From: Planctomycetota bacterium
GTDB lineage: Bacteria; Planctomycetota; PLA2; JAEUHO01
Assembly: GCA_050248855.1 (NCBI GenBank)
Contig: JBFWRP010000002.1
Span: 32,001 to 96,000, forward strand
Direction of reading: 5' to 3'
DNA length: 64,000 bases
The position numbers and the translations under genes were made by a program. The notes below the pieces were generated by a model. The model made no database searches. It saw only the letters and a list, made by a program, of their open reading frames with translations, and had not been told where the DNA came from. Position 1 is the stretch's first letter, and every line of letters begins with the position of its first letter. Positions 1 to 9,010 of this stretch are shown here, piece after piece.

Positions 1-999
1 ATTGCGAGGGTCCAGGTGGCGCTAGAGAAGTACCCCGACAATCAGCAGGTACTGCGCGTGATCGAGGCAAAGCGAGACAACGTCCCGGCGCCCAGGCTGC
101 CCCTTCGCACGGCGGAGTTCCTCCAGTTCAATGCCCAGCCCCCCGAGGTACCTGGGGTACTTCCTCCGGCCCGCGTTCCGTTCTACGCGAGGTCACACGT
201 CCCGGACGGCGGTCTCCCGGAGAAGATTTCGCGGATCGTCTTGGCGCATCGGTTGCGAGAAGTTCGAGTCCAGATCGGATTCACACGGATCTCGCCCGTC
301 GTGCCGAACCTCGAAGGAGAGTACGAGGGAGGCGCTGACGATGACGCAGGTCCGAGGTATGCGCAACTTGGGCTGACGACGAAGTGGCTTCCGGCGACCG
401 AAATCTACGGCGAGGGCGTGTTCCTCCAGTTGGACGAGGATGCGGTACGGGAGTGGGAGGACCGTCCCGTCGTCGAGGCTCGATCCGTTGACCTCAAGGA
501 CGGCTACGAACGCTGGGCAGAGGAGCGGGGTATCAAGACGCCGTTCCCCGGCGCGAGGTACTACCTCCTGCATTCCCTCTCCCATCTGTTGATTTCTGCG
601 GTGTCCCTGGAGTGCGGATACGCGGCCAGCGCCATCCGAGAGCGGATCTACTGCACCCCTCCGAATGCGACCACGCCGATGGCTGCGATCCTCCTCGCCA
701 CGGGGAGCCCCGGGACCGAGGGGACCCTTGGCGGCCTCGTCGAGCAGGGACGCGTGATTCGCAGCCACTTGCGTCGAGCGTTTGACATGGGCGTGCTGTG
801 CTCTAACGACCCCGTGTGCTCGGCGCACAGCCCCGCCGCGGACCATGAGGAACGGTACCTCGAAGGGGCCGCGTGCCATGGCTGCCTGTTCATCGCTGAG
901 TGCTCGTGCGAGCGCTTCAACCAGTTCCTGGATCGATCCCTGGTCGTCCCCACGATCGGCAACCCGGCTGAATTGGCGTTCTTCCAGGCGCGGCCGTGA
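1..999 (+). CDS. drmB: DISARM DrmB (DUF1998/MZB domain), 5' end outside the window
   Basis: Frame open from base 1; LLHSLSHLLI..ECGY..S.IRERIY, GTLGGL, CSNDPVC and ACHGC..IAECSCE Zn motifs; overlaps a PLD gene (GTGA). Confidence 0.9.
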   Translation: MARVQVALEKYPDNQQVLRVIEAKRDNVPAPRLPLRTAEFLQFNAQPPEVPGVLPPARVPFYARSHVPDGGLPEKISRIVLAHRLREVRVQIGFTRISPVVPNLEGEYEGGADDDAGPRYAQLGLTTKWLPATEIYGEGVFLQLDEDAVREWEDRPVVEARSVDLKDGYERWAEERGIKTPFPGARYYLLHSLSHLLISAVSLECGYAASAIRERIYCTPPNATTPMAAILLATGSPGTEGTLGGLVEQGRVIRSHLRRAFDMGVLCSNDPVCSAHSPAADHEERYLEGAACHGCLFIAECSCERFNQFLDRSLVVPTIGNPAELAFFQARP

Positions 1000-1760
1000 C
1001 CGGCGGCCCCGACCTCACCTCTGTGTCCTCATCGGACCTGCGAGCCCTACTCCGGGCTGTCCACGAGGGGAGGTTGCACACCCCGCTCGATACCACCGCC
1101 ATGCAGGCCGTCGGCCTCGGAGGGTTAGCCAGGACGCTGGGCGCGGCCGCATCGCTCGACCGCGTGCCGCTGGAGACTTTGCTCGCAGCCGTGATCGCGG
1201 AGCGTGAGGCTAGACCCACGAGAAGCCTCGACCTGGTTTGGACAGGCCCGGACCCGATCGGGAGCCGAACCCGGGACACCGCCGTGGTCGTACGCGAGAT
1301 GCTCGCCTCTGCGCAGGAGTCCGTCCTCGTGGCCGGGTTCCGCTTCAGCCACGGGGCTGAGATCCTACAGCCCCTCCATGCAGCCATGCGCGATCGCAGT
1401 GTCAGAGCCCAGGTCGTCCTCGATGCCCCCGTGCCGGACACTCCACCCGCGAACACCTCCGAGGCGGGTAGAGACTTGCATGCGGAGTTCCTGCGTGAGA
1501 ACTGGGCCTTCGGTAGTCCCGAGCCGGACATCTTCTTCGACCCTCGAACGCGGCAGCCCGGTGTGTTCGCCAGCATGCACGCCAAGTGCCTCGTGGTCGA
1601 TCGCCGGGAGGCCCTGATCACCTCAGCCAACTTCACGGCTCGGGGGCAGTCCAGGAACATCGAGGTTGGTGTTAGAGTTCTGAATGAGGAGTTCGCGACT
1701 CAACTGCACCGACAGTGGCAGGCGCTGATCGATGCAGCGCTGTTAGAACGAGCACGCTAG
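996..1760 (+). CDS. drmC: DISARM phospholipase D-like nuclease DrmC
   Basis: LVWTGP, single HKD motif HAKCLVVD, TSANFT..G..RNIEVG; coupled to drmB. Confidence 0.88.
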   Translation: MTGGPDLTSVSSSDLRALLRAVHEGRLHTPLDTTAMQAVGLGGLARTLGAAASLDRVPLETLLAAVIAEREARPTRSLDLVWTGPDPIGSRTRDTAVVVREMLASAQESVLVAGFRFSHGAEILQPLHAAMRDRSVRAQVVLDAPVPDTPPANTSEAGRDLHAEFLRENWAFGSPEPDIFFDPRTRQPGVFASMHAKCLVVDRREALITSANFTARGQSRNIEVGVRVLNEEFATQLHRQWQALIDAALLERAR

Positions 1761-1780
1761 GCGTGAGGAGGCAGGGCACG

Positions 1781-2443
1781 GTGGACATAGAGATGCGCGA
1801 TCGACCCAAGTTGGTGCAGGAATCCCTGGGGCAACGGCTGATAGATGCCGTCGCCGAGTTCGCCAGAACCGACATTCCCGACATCCCGACGCTGCTGCGG
1901 GACACGTTCTCCCACATTGGTGACCGCGACCTGCGCGTAAGACTGGCCGAGACACTCTACGGCGCTCGGTGGATCTACAAACTCGGCTTGACGCTGCTGA
2001 CGAAGGAGACGGAAAGGGCTGCACATGTAAGGGCCCAGGTCATCGACTACGCCGCGATCGCCGAGGCGGTCTTGGCTGAGGTTGTCCACTTCGCAATCTC
2101 GCAGGGGCGCCTTCGAGGGGACGCGCACGCCTATGACGACCCCGTCAGGAAGCGGAAGCCGATCGACTGGAGCGAAGGGAGTATCTCCGAGAAGATGAAG
2201 AAGAGATCCCTGTGGTGGTGCATCCAAGTTGCTCGCGCGAATGGAATGGTCTCGGAGGGTCTGTCGCGTGACCTTGATTGGCTCCGCGATCAGCGGAACC
2301 GTGTTCTCCATCTAAAGGCCGGTGAGACGACCGAGCGCGTCTTCCTCAATCATTCGAGCCGGGCCTTCCGGGTAGTCTGGCGTGTGACGGATGAGGCAGG
2401 AGCCTGGAAGCGCAAGACTGGTCGCCGGAGCCGTCAGACCTAG
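1781..2443 (+). CDS. HEPN-like protein (putative RNase effector)
   Basis: GAGGAGG upstream of GTG; helical protein with C-terminal RNRVLH (RxxxxH); directly after drmC. Start uncertain (1781 or 1793). Confidence 0.55.
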   Translation: MDIEMRDRPKLVQESLGQRLIDAVAEFARTDIPDIPTLLRDTFSHIGDRDLRVRLAETLYGARWIYKLGLTLLTKETERAAHVRAQVIDYAAIAEAVLAEVVHFAISQGRLRGDAHAYDDPVRKRKPIDWSEGSISEKMKKRSLWWCIQVARANGMVSEGLSRDLDWLRDQRNRVLHLKAGETTERVFLNHSSRAFRVVWRVTDEAGAWKRKTGRRSRQT

Positions 2444-2474
2444 AGGCACGCCTACAGAAGAGAGGTCGGTTCTC

Positions 2475-3614
2475 GTGAGCCTTGATCTAGCACTCCTCGG
2501 CAAGAAGATCCGCCTCTATCGGGAGCAGTTCGAGGCGAGCATCTCGGATGTGGCCGAGCGGACCGGGCTGAACCATGGGGATCTGGCAGCCTTCGAGGCT
2601 GGGCGCAAGGAGCCCACGGGGGACGAACTTCTCATCCTTGCGGACTACTTCAAGTGCGACTACCGGTTCTTCGTCTCGAACGACGCCCCCGGCGCCTTCA
2701 AGCAGACGGACGTTCTCTTCAGGAAGCACGGTGACGTGCTGACCGGCGCTGACCGTTGGGCGATTCAGGAGTTCCTACACCTCTGCGAGATCGAGCAGTT
2801 CCTGTGGCAGGCGCTTGGCGTGAAGCCCGAGGTGTTCTACTTTGAGAAGCGAGGAACTTTCCTCAAGGCACATGCTGAGGATGCCGCCGAAGCACTGCGG
2901 AGGCATCTCGGGTACCAGCCCAATGCGATCCCTGACAACGTCTACGACGTGTTCCGTCGTTTCGGAATTCACGTGTTTCGGCGCCGCCTACAAGCGTCGA
3001 CCATCTCGGGTCTGTGTGTACACCATCCCGAAGCGGGGCCGTGTGTCTTGGTCAATTACTCAGAGGATGTGTTCAGGCAGCGGTTCACGGCGGCGCACGA
3101 GGCAGCGCATGCGTTCCTAGATGCTGATCAAGAGGTCGTGGTTTCGTACAAAAACTCCCGCGAACTCACTGAGACTCGTGCCAATGTGTTCGCGTCACGG
3201 TTCCTCCTCCCGCCAAGGACCTTGGCAGAGTTGCCCGATCCAGGTCGATGGGGACAGTCAGAAACGAAGAACTTCGCTGTGCGGCTTAAGGTGAGCACAC
3301 ACGCCCTTGCAATTGCACTGAAGGATGCGGGGTTGATCTCAGACGCCAAGCACCACCAACTGCGACGGGTCCGCATCCCACGGTCAGAAAAGGTAGACCC
3401 AGAGTTGCCTCCGGCCCTGGCGCAAGGGCCACGCCGCCGCAAGGAGGAGATGCTGATGCGCGGGTTGTCTGAGAACTACGTCGAACTCTGCTTCCGGGCC
3501 CACGAGGCGGGCGTCATCTCACAGGGGCGCCTGGCAGAGGCCCTGCTGGTCGATGCGACTACCTTGCCCCAAGTCGCCGCTCTCTATCGCCACAGAATCG
3601 TCTACGGGGAGTAG
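2475..3614 (+). CDS. XRE HTH fused to ImmA/IrrE (peptidase M78) metallopeptidase
   Basis: N-terminal LGKKIRLYRE..SISDVAERTG HTH; RQRFTAAHEAAH (HExxH) and ETRANVFASRFLLP. Confidence 0.9.
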   Translation: MSLDLALLGKKIRLYREQFEASISDVAERTGLNHGDLAAFEAGRKEPTGDELLILADYFKCDYRFFVSNDAPGAFKQTDVLFRKHGDVLTGADRWAIQEFLHLCEIEQFLWQALGVKPEVFYFEKRGTFLKAHAEDAAEALRRHLGYQPNAIPDNVYDVFRRFGIHVFRRRLQASTISGLCVHHPEAGPCVLVNYSEDVFRQRFTAAHEAAHAFLDADQEVVVSYKNSRELTETRANVFASRFLLPPRTLAELPDPGRWGQSETKNFAVRLKVSTHALAIALKDAGLISDAKHHQLRRVRIPRSEKVDPELPPALAQGPRRRKEEMLMRGLSENYVELCFRAHEAGVISQGRLAEALLVDATTLPQVAALYRHRIVYGE

Positions 3615-3616
3615 CC

Positions 3617-4237
3617 GTGCCCGGTCTCCCGCCTATCGACCCGTCGTCCTTTCACCTTGGGAACATTGCGGACACCTGCGCCTTGTGGAACCTCCTGGCG
3701 AGCCAACTGCTCTACGCATCTGCACGCGGCGCAAACTGCGAGTTCTGGATCACCGAATACGTTCGATACGAGTGCTTGGTGAAGCCTCGCGGGACTCACT
3801 CCGACGAGCAGCGCGAACTCGCCCGGCGCCTCCTCGCGGAACTCGCCGAAGGGCGCATTCCCTTTGCCCATGTGTCAATAGCGGACCTCCAAGCGCCGGA
3901 CATGCTGAAGTTGCGAAGGAACTTGGGCAAAGGCGAGTTATCTGCACTGGCCTTCGCCCTCAAGACGAGGCAGGCATTGTTCACAGACGATCAGGGCATG
4001 CGCAAGGAGGTCCACCGCGTGTCAGTCTCGCCTCCTGCGCAGACGACTCCTGGGCTCCTGGGTTGGTTGGTGTTCATTGGCCATCTTCTCGATCAGGATG
4101 TCCCGCGAGTGATTGACGAGCACAGTTCACTCGGGCGACCGCTGAGGACCCAGTTCGCCATCATGCACATGCGCGGGCTGGAGTTTCGCGCTCGGGCCAG
4201 CGTGAGTGGGCGGGCCGACTCAGGGGACGGCCAGTGA
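3617..4237 (+). CDS. PIN-like domain protein
   Basis: IADTCAL, LGKGELSALAFA and LFTDD acidic motifs of the PIN fold; starts 2 bp after XRE-ImmA, a common pairing. Confidence 0.7.
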   Translation: MPGLPPIDPSSFHLGNIADTCALWNLLASQLLYASARGANCEFWITEYVRYECLVKPRGTHSDEQRELARRLLAELAEGRIPFAHVSIADLQAPDMLKLRRNLGKGELSALAFALKTRQALFTDDQGMRKEVHRVSVSPPAQTTPGLLGWLVFIGHLLDQDVPRVIDEHSSLGRPLRTQFAIMHMRGLEFRARASVSGRADSGDGQ

Positions 4238-4773
4238 CCTCCCCTACCTTCCGCCTCCGCTTCGATCCCGCGGACATTGAGCAATGGGCCACCAGGTACT
4301 GTGAGGACAGCGCATACGCTGGCGAGGAGGCCCTCCTGGCAACGGTCCCGCCCAAGGTTCGACGGACGGGATTCATGACGAAGGGGGACCTGCTCGCTGT
4401 GGCGCTCTGGAAGTCGAAGCGGAGGGCCAAGCGCGATGTCCCCCGAAATGAGGAGGGGTTTGTTCGCGACGTAACGCGCATTGCCCTGTCCTGCTCGCAT
4501 GAGCGGCTACGGATCGACGTGCTCCGGGTACTGCACGGCGTGGAGTGGCCTACGGCATCGGTCATCCTCCACCTCTGCCACGAGGATCCCTACCCGATTC
4601 TCGACTTCAGGGCGCTCTGGTCCGCCTCGGCCCCCGAGACCACGTCCTACACGTTCCTGTTCTGGGAGGCGTACACAGCGTTCTGTCGAGGAGTGGCACA
4701 GGGTGCGGGCGTTTCGATGCGCCAACTTGACCGCGCCATGTGGCAGTACTCCAAGGAGCATCAGAAGACGTAG
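4234..4773 (+). CDS. Helix-hairpin-helix DNA glycosylase-like protein
   Basis: LHGVEWPTASVILH (HhH), YPILDFRA (conserved Asp), RQLDRAMW. Confidence 0.6.
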   Translation: MTSPTFRLRFDPADIEQWATRYCEDSAYAGEEALLATVPPKVRRTGFMTKGDLLAVALWKSKRRAKRDVPRNEEGFVRDVTRIALSCSHERLRIDVLRVLHGVEWPTASVILHLCHEDPYPILDFRALWSASAPETTSYTFLFWEAYTAFCRGVAQGAGVSMRQLDRAMWQYSKEHQKT

Positions 4774-4785
4774 GGAGACTCGGAC

Positions 4786-5196
4786 ATGGGTGAACATTCG
4801 TGTGAGGTGTGCGGGGCTCCCCGGCACGAGTACGACTATGCCTGCACGTCGTGCAAGCGGATGCTCGATTGCGTGGACATGCGCGGAGGCTTCGACCGTG
4901 AGGCTCGGCTGGCCGCCATGAAGGTATCCTGGGACCCATCGCCGGGGGCATTCAGGTGCTACTACACAGGCGCTCGGCTAGTCCGGGACGATCACAGCGA
5001 CCCGATGTACACGACCTTCGAACACCATGCGCCCGGCGATGAAGCCAGCGTCGTCGTTTCCTGTGCGTTGGTGAACGCGATGAAGTCCGCCATGTCGGAG
5101 GACGAGTTCATCGAAGTAGTGCGGGCCTTGGCCAAGCGACTCGACGCCGAGCCGTTCGACGAGACTCTCATCGACGTGAAGCACTGGAAGCGATAG
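4786..5196 (+). CDS. Zn-ribbon plus HNH-like endonuclease
   Basis: CEVC..CTSC, then CYYTG..TFEHHAP..VVSCALVNAMK; GGGAG RBS. Confidence 0.6.
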   Translation: MGEHSCEVCGAPRHEYDYACTSCKRMLDCVDMRGGFDREARLAAMKVSWDPSPGAFRCYYTGARLVRDDHSDPMYTTFEHHAPGDEASVVVSCALVNAMKSAMSEDEFIEVVRALAKRLDAEPFDETLIDVKHWKR

Positions 5197-5366
5197 TGGC
5201 GCCCCACAACCCCCGCTTCGACCGCCAGCCCGTCGCCCCCAAGAGCGGCCAGGAACCGTTCACCAAGGCGGGCAAGCCGATCGGCGCTTCGGCACGAGCA
5301 GGTTGGCTTCGACGGGGTACTAGCAGCGGTGCGCTTGGCGACGAGCCCGCCACGTGGAGGTGTGAG

Positions 5367-5678
5367 ATGAGGGAGGAACCATTCCGCTCGTGGCTGATGA
5401 ACACGTACAGGGGCGAGCGTACAGGAGCCCATCTCTCCAAACGTCCGGCCGGGGATGCTGTGTCCCGATGCAAGCGCGTTGAGAAGGCCCTACGCATTGA
5501 CCTCGATACCGCCTTGGTGATCGACGGGCAGGGCGACGGATTGATTCGCAGGGTCGAGGCGAGCGTGGCCCGCTTCAAGATCGAGGGTGACGAGGGCTCA
5601 GGGATGCGAAGCCTCCTCTCCGCCGTCCGCCTCTACGTGCTGTTCCGGGAGTGGGAGCGGGGCGTCTTCGGGAGGTAG
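5367..5678 (+). CDS. Hypothetical protein
   Basis: GGAGG RBS before ATG 5367; 103-aa helical ORF within track ORF 5196..5678. Confidence 0.55.
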   Translation: MREEPFRSWLMNTYRGERTGAHLSKRPAGDAVSRCKRVEKALRIDLDTALVIDGQGDGLIRRVEASVARFKIEGDEGSGMRSLLSAVRLYVLFREWERGVFGR

Positions 5679-5819
5679 GACTGCCGGGGCCTGTAAGGCA
5701 GGCAGACCGTCGCGTAGACTGACCGCCCCAGGGAGGCGGCCATGGCCCTACGACACTCTCACGCGGACTGGGGACGACGCGAGCACCGCCCGGCAAAGGC
5801 GGTGCAGGCCTGCTGGCGG

Positions 5820-5978
5820 CCCATCGTGATCGGCTACGTGCTCGTGCATGAGTTGGCGCACCTGAAGGAGAAGAACCACACGCCCGCGATCTGGGGGTTG
5901 GTCGAGCGCGCTCTGCCCGACTACGAGCGGACGAAGCAGTGGCTCGCCGAACGCGGCGGGGCGATGGTGGTGTTGTAG
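5820..5978 (+). pseudogene. C-terminal fragment of YgjP/M48-like metallopeptidase
   Basis: YVLVHELAHLKEKNHTPAIWGLVERALPDY matches the family C-terminus; no matching N-terminal part. Left boundary approximate. Confidence 0.7.
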
Positions 5979-5990
5979 GAGGGAATCGTC

Positions 5991-6332
5991 GTGGGTAGAG
6001 ATCCGCTATCCCTTGGAACACACGAGATCATTCGCCTGCTTGCGAGTCAGCGTCAAGCAGTGACGTACGAGGCGCTGTATACCTTTTCGGCAGTCGATGA
6101 CATCGGCGGAACGGTCCGCACGTTCATGAGTGGACTACCGATCAGCCAAGCGAATGCCTTCGTGGTTAGGCAGGACGACGGGCGCCCCTCGCCAACTGAG
6201 GTCTACGCCGCGAATGGTTTCCTGGCCGATTGGGAAGCCGTTGCCCGCGGACGCATCAGGACTTCTTCAGGTCTGAAGGAGTGGCTCAAGTCCAAGTGGT
6301 CCGAGGTGGAGCAGATGTTTGGAGAAACCTAG
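5991..6332 (+). CDS. Hypothetical protein
   Basis: GGAGG RBS, 113-aa ORF with globular composition. Confidence 0.5.
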   Translation: MGRDPLSLGTHEIIRLLASQRQAVTYEALYTFSAVDDIGGTVRTFMSGLPISQANAFVVRQDDGRPSPTEVYAANGFLADWEAVARGRIRTSSGLKEWLKSKWSEVEQMFGET

Positions 6333-6619
6333 CCCTGGAAGCCATCACGGGGGCCAGAAAGTTTGCTACGCAAAATTCAGCAGCGCACAAGAGGGGTACC
6401 GGCGACCCCCTTTATCGCGGAGCAGAGAAACCGGCGTTCGCGTGAGATGGGACCCAGGGTGGGGCCCCCTTTTCAGAATTCGAGGGCCTCAACCTCCCAT
6501 AGTAAGGGGTCGGCCGAGCGGGACAGCCCAAGCATCTGCTGACGGCGACCTCGCGGCTCACGGGGAAGCGCGCATAGGGCTAGGGCCGACGACCGATGTG
6601 CCTACAGTCACGCCAAGTT

Positions 6620-6645
6620 CCTAACGGCTCGTTCGAACCGTTAGG
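6620..6645. promoter_or_regulatory. Inverted repeat, candidate serine-recombinase binding/crossover site
   Basis: CCTAACGGCTCG-TT-CGAACCGTTAGG (12-bp arms, 1 mismatch, 2-bp centre) just before the recombinase RBS. Confidence 0.55.
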
Positions 6646-6658
6646 CCGGAGGAGCATC

Positions 6659-7363
6659 GTGACCAGGAGAAGGCGGCGCAAGCCGGGCAACCCTCAGGTC
6701 GCTGTCGCCATCGTCCGTGTGTCCACGGACCGGCAAGACACCTCGGCGCAGCGAACTGCCATTGACGCGTGGGCCAGGTCTGAGGGGGTGCAGATCGCCT
6801 CATGGCACGAGGATCACGGCGTCAGCGGGGCGGCGACGCTCGACAAGCGAACTGGCCTCATGGAGGCGCTGGACAGCGTCGCGAGCAGCGGGGCTGGCGT
6901 GCTCGTGGCCGCACGCTGGGACAGAGTCGCCCGAGATGTCGTCTTGGCCGCCATGATCGAGCGGTTGGCGGAGCGCAACGGGGCAGCAGTCGTGAGCGCA
7001 GATGGAGTTGGCGCGGGGAGCGGTCCCGAGTCCATGCTCGTGAAGGGCATGATGCAACTCTTGGCCCAGTACGAGCGTCTGCTGATCGGTCACCGAACTC
7101 GCGTCCGCCTCGCCGAGAAGCGCCGCAGGGGCGAGCGACTCGGTGGCGCTACCCCCCTTGGATACGTTGCGAATGGGAAGCACTTGGAACGAGCCCCTGG
7201 CGAGCAGCGTGCGATCACGCGGGCACGCGCTCTTCGCCGAGAGGGGCTCTCCTACGAGAGCATCGCGGGTCGCCTCGAAGCCGAAGGCTTTGCGGCGAGA
7301 GGTCGGCGCTGGTACGGGATGAGCGTGCGGCGAATGTTGGTGGCCAGTAGCCCAGAGGACTGA
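6659..7363 (+). CDS. Serine recombinase (resolvase domain plus short recombinase DNA-binding domain)
   Basis: GGAGGAG RBS; IVRVSTDRQ catalytic Ser, D.GVSGA...R.GL, WDRVARD, AQYER, GGATPLGY. Confidence 0.9.
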   Translation: MTRRRRRKPGNPQVAVAIVRVSTDRQDTSAQRTAIDAWARSEGVQIASWHEDHGVSGAATLDKRTGLMEALDSVASSGAGVLVAARWDRVARDVVLAAMIERLAERNGAAVVSADGVGAGSGPESMLVKGMMQLLAQYERLLIGHRTRVRLAEKRRRGERLGGATPLGYVANGKHLERAPGEQRAITRARALRREGLSYESIAGRLEAEGFAARGRRWYGMSVRRMLVASSPED

Positions 7364-7629
7364 TGCCACCCGCCTCGGGGATCTCGTGGCTCGCGTCGGA
7401 GAGCAGCCAGTACGAGGGAGCGAGTGGCACCAACACTCGTACACCTTTAGACGCCCATCCTAAGGATGTCTCACATCCGTATACCTTTGGCGCGGTCCAC
7501 GGAGCCCGCCAGGTTAGTGCCCGACCCCGACGCACCGATCGCGACGGCCTGCCCCGGCTTGGTTGCTGGTGCGGGCCGCACCTGGGGGCGGTAGGGTCCT
7601 GAGGGGCGAGCGATGAGTCCGGTTCGAGA

Positions 7630-8799
7630 CTACCCGTCCTGAGTGTTCAGCCCGGGGCCGAAGTACGTCTGCCAGGCGTCGAACGCTTCGTCGTCCTCTC
7701 CGTGGCTGATGTTTGCGATCATCTGGGCCTCATAGAGCGGATCCAAGAGCGAGTAGATAACGTCGCGGTCCAGTCTTGGCAGGTCGCGTGCGGCTTCTGA
7801 CGTGAGGACTTGGCCCGGGACGAGTCCGAAGCCGTGGTGGAGCGCCATGATCAGGTCGGGCATCGTCGCCGTTGCGAAATCCAAGTTCGGCGTCGAGAGC
7901 ACCCGCGTGACGGTCCCTCTCTCTCGGCGCCTGCGCTCCTCGACGCCGAAGGCGTTCATAAGTACCGAGTACGTGGGCAATGTTGGACCCTCGATCGGGA
8001 ACTCGCGGGATCGGTTCCGGATGCGCATGGAGGTCAGCACACCGAGGTCCGCAAGGCGCGGCCCCTCAATCCCCTCGGCGCGATTGTAGGTCGTTAACAC
8101 CTGGGTTCCGGGGAACAGGAGGACGCTGTGGTCCAGCCAGAGCACGCGCCGGAGGCCATCTCGCATGAGATCCTCCGGCCCAAGCCGGAGCCTGCCGCCT
8201 GTGTGCCGCGTGGCGTCCGCCATCGCCCACAGGCTGTTCCTCCCAAACCTGAGAAACCGTACTGCCAACAGTAGCGGCAGACCGAAGGCGCTGGCGAACT
8301 CCAGCCTCCTCCGGAGTGCGCCTCCTCTGATCGTGAACTCCGCCTTCTCGGTGGACTTGACCTCGATCAAGCATCGGAACCCCGCGGCATCCTCCCGCTT
8401 CTTGCGGCCGGGGAAACCAGCCTGAAAGCGGACGAGGAAGTCCGGCGCAATGGCTCGATTCCTGATCAAGGGGTTCTGGTCAAGGCGGACCATGTGCGTC
8501 GCAGTGCCGATGTTCCGGCAGATCAGTGCGAACTCATCCTCTTCGGAAAGTCCGGAGATTGCGCGGTCAATGGCCTCATGATGACTGGGGTCGGCCATCA
8601 AGGCCTTCAACTCGCCTAGCCTTTGGTCATCGAGCAACTCGGCGTCACGGACGGCCTTCACCGCCTTGGCGATCTCGATCTTCTTGTCCTGGGACAGCGG
8701 TTCGGTCGGAGGCTCCGGCGGCATCGACGGCCAATGGCAGCGCTTGAACTTCTCCTCGCTTCCGCACCAGCAGGGATCGTTGCGCCCGATCTTTGACAT
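7630..8799 (-). CDS. SEC-C motif protein with PD-(D/E)xK nuclease domain
   Basis: KIGRNDPCWCGSEEKFKRCH; PDFLV...IEVK. Confidence 0.75.
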   Translation of the reverse strand: MSKIGRNDPCWCGSEEKFKRCHWPSMPPEPPTEPLSQDKKIEIAKAVKAVRDAELLDDQRLGELKALMADPSHHEAIDRAISGLSEEDEFALICRNIGTATHMVRLDQNPLIRNRAIAPDFLVRFQAGFPGRKKREDAAGFRCLIEVKSTEKAEFTIRGGALRRRLEFASAFGLPLLLAVRFLRFGRNSLWAMADATRHTGGRLRLGPEDLMRDGLRRVLWLDHSVLLFPGTQVLTTYNRAEGIEGPRLADLGVLTSMRIRNRSREFPIEGPTLPTYSVLMNAFGVEERRRRERGTVTRVLSTPNLDFATATMPDLIMALHHGFGLVPGQVLTSEAARDLPRLDRDVIYSLLDPLYEAQMIANISHGEDDEAFDAWQTYFGPGLNTQDG

Positions 8800-8845
8800 G
8801 CCGCCAGCGTAGTCCTGTACGACCCCACTCCCCTCACCCCCGCGT

Positions 8846-9010
8846 TCACCACGCCGACCTCTCAGCAGCCCTCCACTTCCGCTCGACCAGCATCTCCCAC
8901 TCCGGGTGGATCTGCTGGGTCAGTTCGAGGTCGCTGTGCCGGGCTAGGCGCTGCACTTTCTGGAGGCGGCTACCGCCGTCCATCCAGAAGTCCCACACCT
9001 GCCCTCGCAC
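8846..9010 (-). pseudogene. 54-codon ORF resembling a tyrosine recombinase C-terminus
   Basis: Translates VRGQVWDFWMDGGSRLQKVQRLARHSDLELTQQIH..; box II-like VQRLARHS..LT with no catalytic Tyr. Confidence 0.45.

Noticed and set aside
6340..6520. Intergenic GGGG/CCCC and A/T tracts resembling a phage cos region
   Set aside because: No terminase or packaging genes seen; the resemblance is too vague to support.
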